Positions 59,248 through 64,000 of a DNA stretch of 64,000 nucleotides are shown piece by piece. Every line of letters starts with the position of its first letter. Within the stretch, counting starts at the first letter, position 1. The stretch covers positions 5,270,001 through 5,334,000 of the forward strand of contig OZ218950.1 of assembly GCA_965112735.1 (NCBI GenBank). The letters run 5' to 3'. This DNA comes from Phaeosaccion multiseriatum. Taxonomy: Eukaryota > Protista > Ochrophyta, other classes. The notes under the pieces are model-generated. The model was not told where the DNA came from and did not search any database. It worked only from the letters and a program-made list of their open reading frames with translations. The position numbers and the translations under genes were made by a program.

Positions 59248-60721
59248 AAGTAGCAGTAGTAGTAGCAGTAGGAGTGGCGGTGGCCGTGGCTCTTACAGCG
59301 GCAGCCACTGTGATCACTTGGTTGACAACTTGGTTGTGGATCTGGAGAGTCTGCCAGAGCAGCAGCCACGGCATTCTCTCTCGTCTCTCGGAATCTCTGA
59401 GAATGACTTACCTGCAGGGAAGCACGAGGAGAGTATGTGTCCGAAAGGAGCAACAGCAGCCGCAGCGACAGAACATTTATGTGAGAGCCCTGGATCAGCA
59501 CCTTATGCGGCAGCCAGTCCTGCTGTTGCCGCAGCTGCTACGCTGCCCACGATGAGTCCAAAGGCTTTTGGCCTTTCTCGATGGAAAGAATATGCCATTC
59601 TCCGGCATGGAGACAAGATGCAGTTTTTGTCGAGTCGTCATGGGCAAGAGATGCTGAAAGAAACAGCGGACAGTATTCGAACAAAGGAAGTAAACAACCT
59701 CAAGGTGAGCTGGCTGCTCGCTGTTTATTATTTTATCGTAGCACCTTCTCAAGTCATGCTCAAATCGCCCACAGGCAAGACTTCAATGGGCGGAGAAACT
59801 CAACGTGGAGTTGGCGCGAGGGCTAGCGGCGAATACAAATGAAAAGAAAGATCTCGCCGTGAGAGTGCGGCAGCTGGAGCAGGAGGTTGATAGGCTGGAG
59901 GCGGACCAGCGGAGTCTACTTAAGAACGCCTCGATTCAGCAAGGAAAGGGGTCCAATCTTGAGCGGAGGCTTGCAGAAACGGACACGCTGAAGTCCTATC
60001 TCTTTGGCTCTTCTTCATCCCGCCGAGAGATGGATATGCATAGCGGCGCCAGCGAGAAACGAACGAGGTAAGGCCCCGTCTTCCAGCCCCAAAGCGTGTT
60101 CAGTACGCATGCTCTTAAGCGTGTCCAATGTTACCTTTCTCTGCACGTGTATAGCGCTTCCCACCACCGGACAGGCTCGAGACACGCAACCCGAGCCGCC
60201 AATGCCCCATCCTTGGATCAGGACCACCCCGAGGTATGACCCCACACTGGAGCAGAAAGAATAAAAGAGAACTCATTGATCACACTACTGCTTCCTCTCA
60301 CACGCTTGTGGCGGCTCAGATGCGAAGAGTGGTGGACCTTCTGAAGCTGGAGATGAGCGAGCTTCGTCGGAGACACGCCGCCGAACTCGCGCAAATGTCT
60401 GGCCGCATGGCCAAGCAGAGACTTGTGCTACACAGAGTAGAGGTGCAGTAAGGGTGTAAACACAGCTATGGAGCTGGAGGGAGGAGCGCGTGGTCACTAC
60501 TTTCGCCGCCTAACACCTCCTCCTCACCCTTGCTATCATACTCTTGGCAGGGAGAGAGAGATGGGCTCCTGGCTGCGGTGGAGTCACAGGCCAAGTACTG
60601 GAGTAGTATAGGACCACCACCTGCTTTGGACACGTGTCAAGAACCCACGTCTCTAGGGGTCGCCCCTCAAGGAGACGCTTCTTCCTTTTTAACACCAAGC
60701 GCTTCCCAGGACGCTGGCTGA
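59126..60721 (+). CDS. Hypothetical coiled-coil protein with an N-terminal poly-Ser tract; 5 predicted exons
   Basis: Predicted exons 59126 (or 59159)-59704, 59775-60067, 60155-60233, 60320-60442 and 60551-60721, with GT-AG introns that keep the frame. Heptad-like segments: KKDLAVRVRQLEQEVDRLEADQRSLLK and VVDLLKLEMSELRRRHAAELAQM...RVE|GERDGLLAAVESQ. No family recognised; the start codon is uncertain. Confidence 0.6.
59189..59270 (+). repeat. (AGT/AGC)n microsatellite encoding poly-Ser
   Basis: The run agcagcagc...agtagtagtagtagtagtagt is visible at 59189-59270 and is in frame with the downstream gene. Confidence 0.9.
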
Positions 60722-61656
60722 AGTTTGGTTTTTACACAACACACTCCATCCACACGAGAATGCAGGAGCTACTTACGAGAATGTACGATATCGCCATCGG
60801 ACTGGCGCCTGTTGTGGTGGTGCTCTGTCTACGTTCCCGCCCGTGTTACAACCAAAGCAGTCCCGATTCTCTGCCCCCTTGTTTCTCTTCACAACTCTCC
60901 CACAGCCCTGATAACTAGACGTGCCCACATGTTGGGGCAAGCGGAGCCGATCCCTCCGAGCAACAAGGTAAGAGGCTCTTGACTTCAGTTATGCTGGCCC
61001 CGATCAAGGGTGGGGCCCTCTCATGTGTCCACCAACAATAGTGAGATCCCTCACAAGTCACCTCGCCTCCCCTCGCCACAAGCAGGCTGTGTATTTGTGA
61101 CACGCTCGATCTGGGTGCACGCTTTGTCTTCTCGGAGACTCCCTCCGCACCTGCTCAAACCACCTGGTCGTGCGATAGGGGAGCGAATGGTCACCCTGTT
61201 GGCGGAGACCTTTCGGACGTGGTGGGATCCGAGAAAGCACGACGAAATCGCATAGCTTGAAGCATGTTGGGAGCGAGCGAGGAGGAAAGGGAAGGAGGAT
61301 CCCTCGATCGACCCAGCCCTCCAAGTCGGGATGGAAGCAGCAGCTGTGAATGAACGACGACGACGACAATTCTCGGCCTATCCTGCGCTGGGATCGGGCA
61401 GCACCCCGCTGTATGGGTCAGACTACGCAGAGAGCTGTCGACCAGAAACCAAAAGCTCTGAGACGCCGCTGACACGCTGTTGCAAAGTTTTCGATAGCGC
61501 TTTTTCGCCCCCCACCCGTCCATAGCCCATAGCTCCCTGGCTGACGCCAGCAACAGCTGACAGGAGGACGAGCTCCATGAATCGCTCCATAGCGAAGCGT
61601 CGTGTAAAAGTAATTAATGCGTCAATTTCCCCATCCCGTGGGTACATTTGGCCAGG

Positions 61657-62661
61657 ATGGGTGGCCTGCCCGCGGTGCGAAAAAGCAACTGTCCCCGGGC
61701 AGCAGCACCACTGACAGGAGCATACAGCAGCAAGGGGAACGCGAGTAGTTCAGCAACCTTCATGTCAGGTACCCTGCGTCCTGACAAGTCGAGCGACTCT
61801 CATAATGGAGGAGGAAATCTAATGGCAACTAATGGAGCGCCAGGTGAGGGGGGATGCGGGAAGGGGGCGGTTGTTCCTGGTAGGCTAGCTTGCGGCCGTA
61901 GATCTTCCCTGGTTACTTGCGGGGAGGGGGGGTGCAATTCCGCTTATTCGATTCATGCGCAGGGGCGGACAGCGAAAACCTTACCCGTTCTGCCTTGCAC
62001 ACGCGCCCCATGATTTCCCCCACATCGGCAACAGCAGGTCGTGGCGGGGGCAAGAGCCGAAAGGGGGCTGTCCCAACTCACCCAGGAGGTGAAGGGGGAG
62101 GAGGGGAGTGGACAATGGCCCATCCCAAGCCAGGAGTAGCCGGTTTGGAAACGATGGGTGCCCTGACCCCGCAGCGGGTATCTTCAGCGCCGCCCACGGA
62201 GCATTCTGCAAACATGGCTTCTTGGCAGCATCAGCAGCAGCACCAGCAGCACCAGCACCAGCACCAGCAGCAGCAGCAGCAACATGCCCATGGCAGGGCC
62301 CCACCGCAGCAGCAGCAGTCAGGTGGGCCCATGGGAATGGGCGCACCTCAGCAGCAGCAGGCTCGAATGATGGCTCCCCCACCACAACAAGGACAGCAGG
62401 CCACTCCCCCGCATCCGCCTCAGGCACAGATAGGTATGCCTGGCCAAATGTCTCCGCAGCGCCTACCACAGCAGCAGCAGGGAGGGCAGCAGCCGCCGCC
62501 ACCGCAAGGTATCCCCCAAGGCCACATCACTGGACAAATGGGGCAGCGAGCAGGGCCCCAACAAGGCCAAATGGGGATGGGCGGCGGCCCTGGGATGCCG
62601 AGAGTAGGAATGAATGTGATGCCAGCACAATCATCCCAGCAGATGGCGTTGCCTCCTCATG

Positions 62662-62696
<35 letters not shown>

Positions 62697-64000
62697 GTGC
62701 CTCCACAGGCACAGGCTGGACAGCAGCAGCAGCATCAGCAGCATGCTGGACAATTGGGTCAGCCTAATCACCAGCAGCAGCAGATGTATTATAATCTGAT
62801 GCAGCAGCAGCAAATGCAGCAGCAGCAGCAGCAGCAGCAGCAGCACCCTCACCCATACAACCCCGTGCAACTTCAGCAAGGGTATGGATATCCGCCGATG
62901 GGAGGCATTGCTTTGCAACAGCAGCAGCAACAACAGCAACAACAGCAGCAGCAACAGCAACAGCGACCTCCGCAGCCAGGAATGGGTGGTGCGGCGATAC
63001 CAGCGCCAGTACCCCAGCCAAAGCCAAGGGAGAGAAAGGTAATGACCATCACTGATCCTAAGACCGGCAAGCCAATTGAACTTGTACCCAAGGGTGGCGC
63101 AGGCAGTGCACCAAGCAGCTCAGCCAGTAATGGTGGAGGTGCCGACGGGAAGAAACAAGGAGACGTGTCTGGACCTTCGGCAGCCCCGAGGAGTACTCTC
63201 GGCAAAGCCGCGACGAGCAGTGGCGAATCTGCGGCTGTCGAGGAAATGAAAGCTAAGATCAAAGCCGCGAAGGGTATGGAGGGCGCCGGGAAGGGTGCAA
63301 AGGGTGCTGCTGCACCTGCACCTGCTGCTGCTACTGGTGGAGGTGCTGAAGCCACTGCCCCAGCAGAAGGAGCGGGAGGTGGGAGTGGAGACGACTCTTT
63401 CTCCTTTGGAGACTTTGGTGAGGACGATACGGCAGCAGGGAAGGCTGCAAGGGCTGGGAATGGGAAGGCCCCAGCAGAGGGGGAGAGGAAGGCGAGAGGC
63501 CTGGACATCGAGCAGCAGACCAAGGCGGCAGCAGAAGCGGCGGAAGCAGCAGCAGCAGCAGCGACGAAGAAGGCCGCCGAAGACGAGCAGCTTGCTTTGA
63601 AGAGGGCAGGGGAGAAGAAAGAAGAGGAGGAGAGGAAGGCGAAGGACGAGGTGGACAAAGCTGCATCTGCTGCGAAGAAAAGGGAGGCTGAGGCGCAGCA
63701 GGCGGAAGAAGAGAAGAAGGCTGCAGCCGCTTTGGTGAAGAAGGCCGAGGAGGAAAAGATAGCCAAGGCGCAAGAGGAACAGAAGAGGGCAAAGGAAGAA
63801 GCAGAGGCAGCGAAGAAACAAGCGGCCACCGCAGCTGAGGAGAAGAAGAGGGCATCTGCAAAGGCGGCAGCAGAGGCACAAGCGGAGGAGGAGAGGAAAG
63901 AGAAGCTGCGTGTAGCTACCCAGACTGAGGCTTCGGCAACACCTGAGGCTGCGGTTAGCAAGGCACCTGCGGTGGACATGGATGCAAAGGGCAAAGCGGT
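61657..64000 (+). CDS. N-terminal part of an eIF4G-like protein (Q/P-rich region, PABP-binding-like motif, E/K/A-rich helix); 3'-truncated by the window
   Basis: Predicted exon 61657-61843, GT-AG intron 61844-62037, then a frame open from 62038 to the window end. The ORF track omits this frame, presumably because it has no stop. It contains poly-Q/P/G/M sequence, KPRERKVMTITDPKTGKPIEL (63021-63083), FSFGDFG (63399-63419) and long EEEK/KKAAE runs. No MIF4G domain lies in the window, so the call rests on motifs only; the true start is uncertain. Confidence 0.6.
62225..62963 (+). repeat. Several (CAG/CAA)n tracts encoding poly-Gln
   Basis: CAG-rich runs at ~62225-62283, 62664-62696, 62802-62843 and 62916-62963, all in the open + frame. 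Confidence 0.9.

Noticed and set aside
60725-61647. Several 60-120-aa ORFs on both strands, including 61331..61525
   Set aside because: No recognisable domain and no convincing splice path. 61331..61525 could be an upstream exon or uORF of the eIF4G-like gene, but the sequence alone cannot support that.
62108-63994. Poly-Ala, poly-Leu, poly-Cys and Phe/Ser-rich ORFs listed in the track
   Set aside because: They are alternative-frame or antisense readings of the CAG tracts and the E/K/A-rich region of the + strand eIF4G-like frame.

Overview
Eukaryotic genomic DNA: short GT-AG introns, plus a bipartite plastid-targeting peptide that points to an alga with a complex red plastid, probably a photosynthetic stramenopile. 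About 87% of the window (1-~55620) is one in-frame tandem array of a 273-bp / 91-aa Gly/Ser/Thr-rich unit, with 204 unit starts in the window and the frame still open at the left edge. The array runs without introns into a ~280-aa non-repetitive C-terminus that stops at 56455. Read as one gene, this is a protein of at least 18,800 aa (~1.7 MDa or more). It looks like a giant beta-helical fibre: a 15/16-aa sub-repeat shaft, an 8-aa-periodic neck and a small beta-rich tip that resembles phage fibre ends. A cluster of indels at 26304-37503 looks like long-read consensus error rather than real frameshifts. Downstream are a convergent 8-exon acetylornithine aminotransferase (argD) gene, a divergent 5-exon coiled-coil gene and the 5' part of a Q-rich eIF4G-like gene that runs off the right edge.
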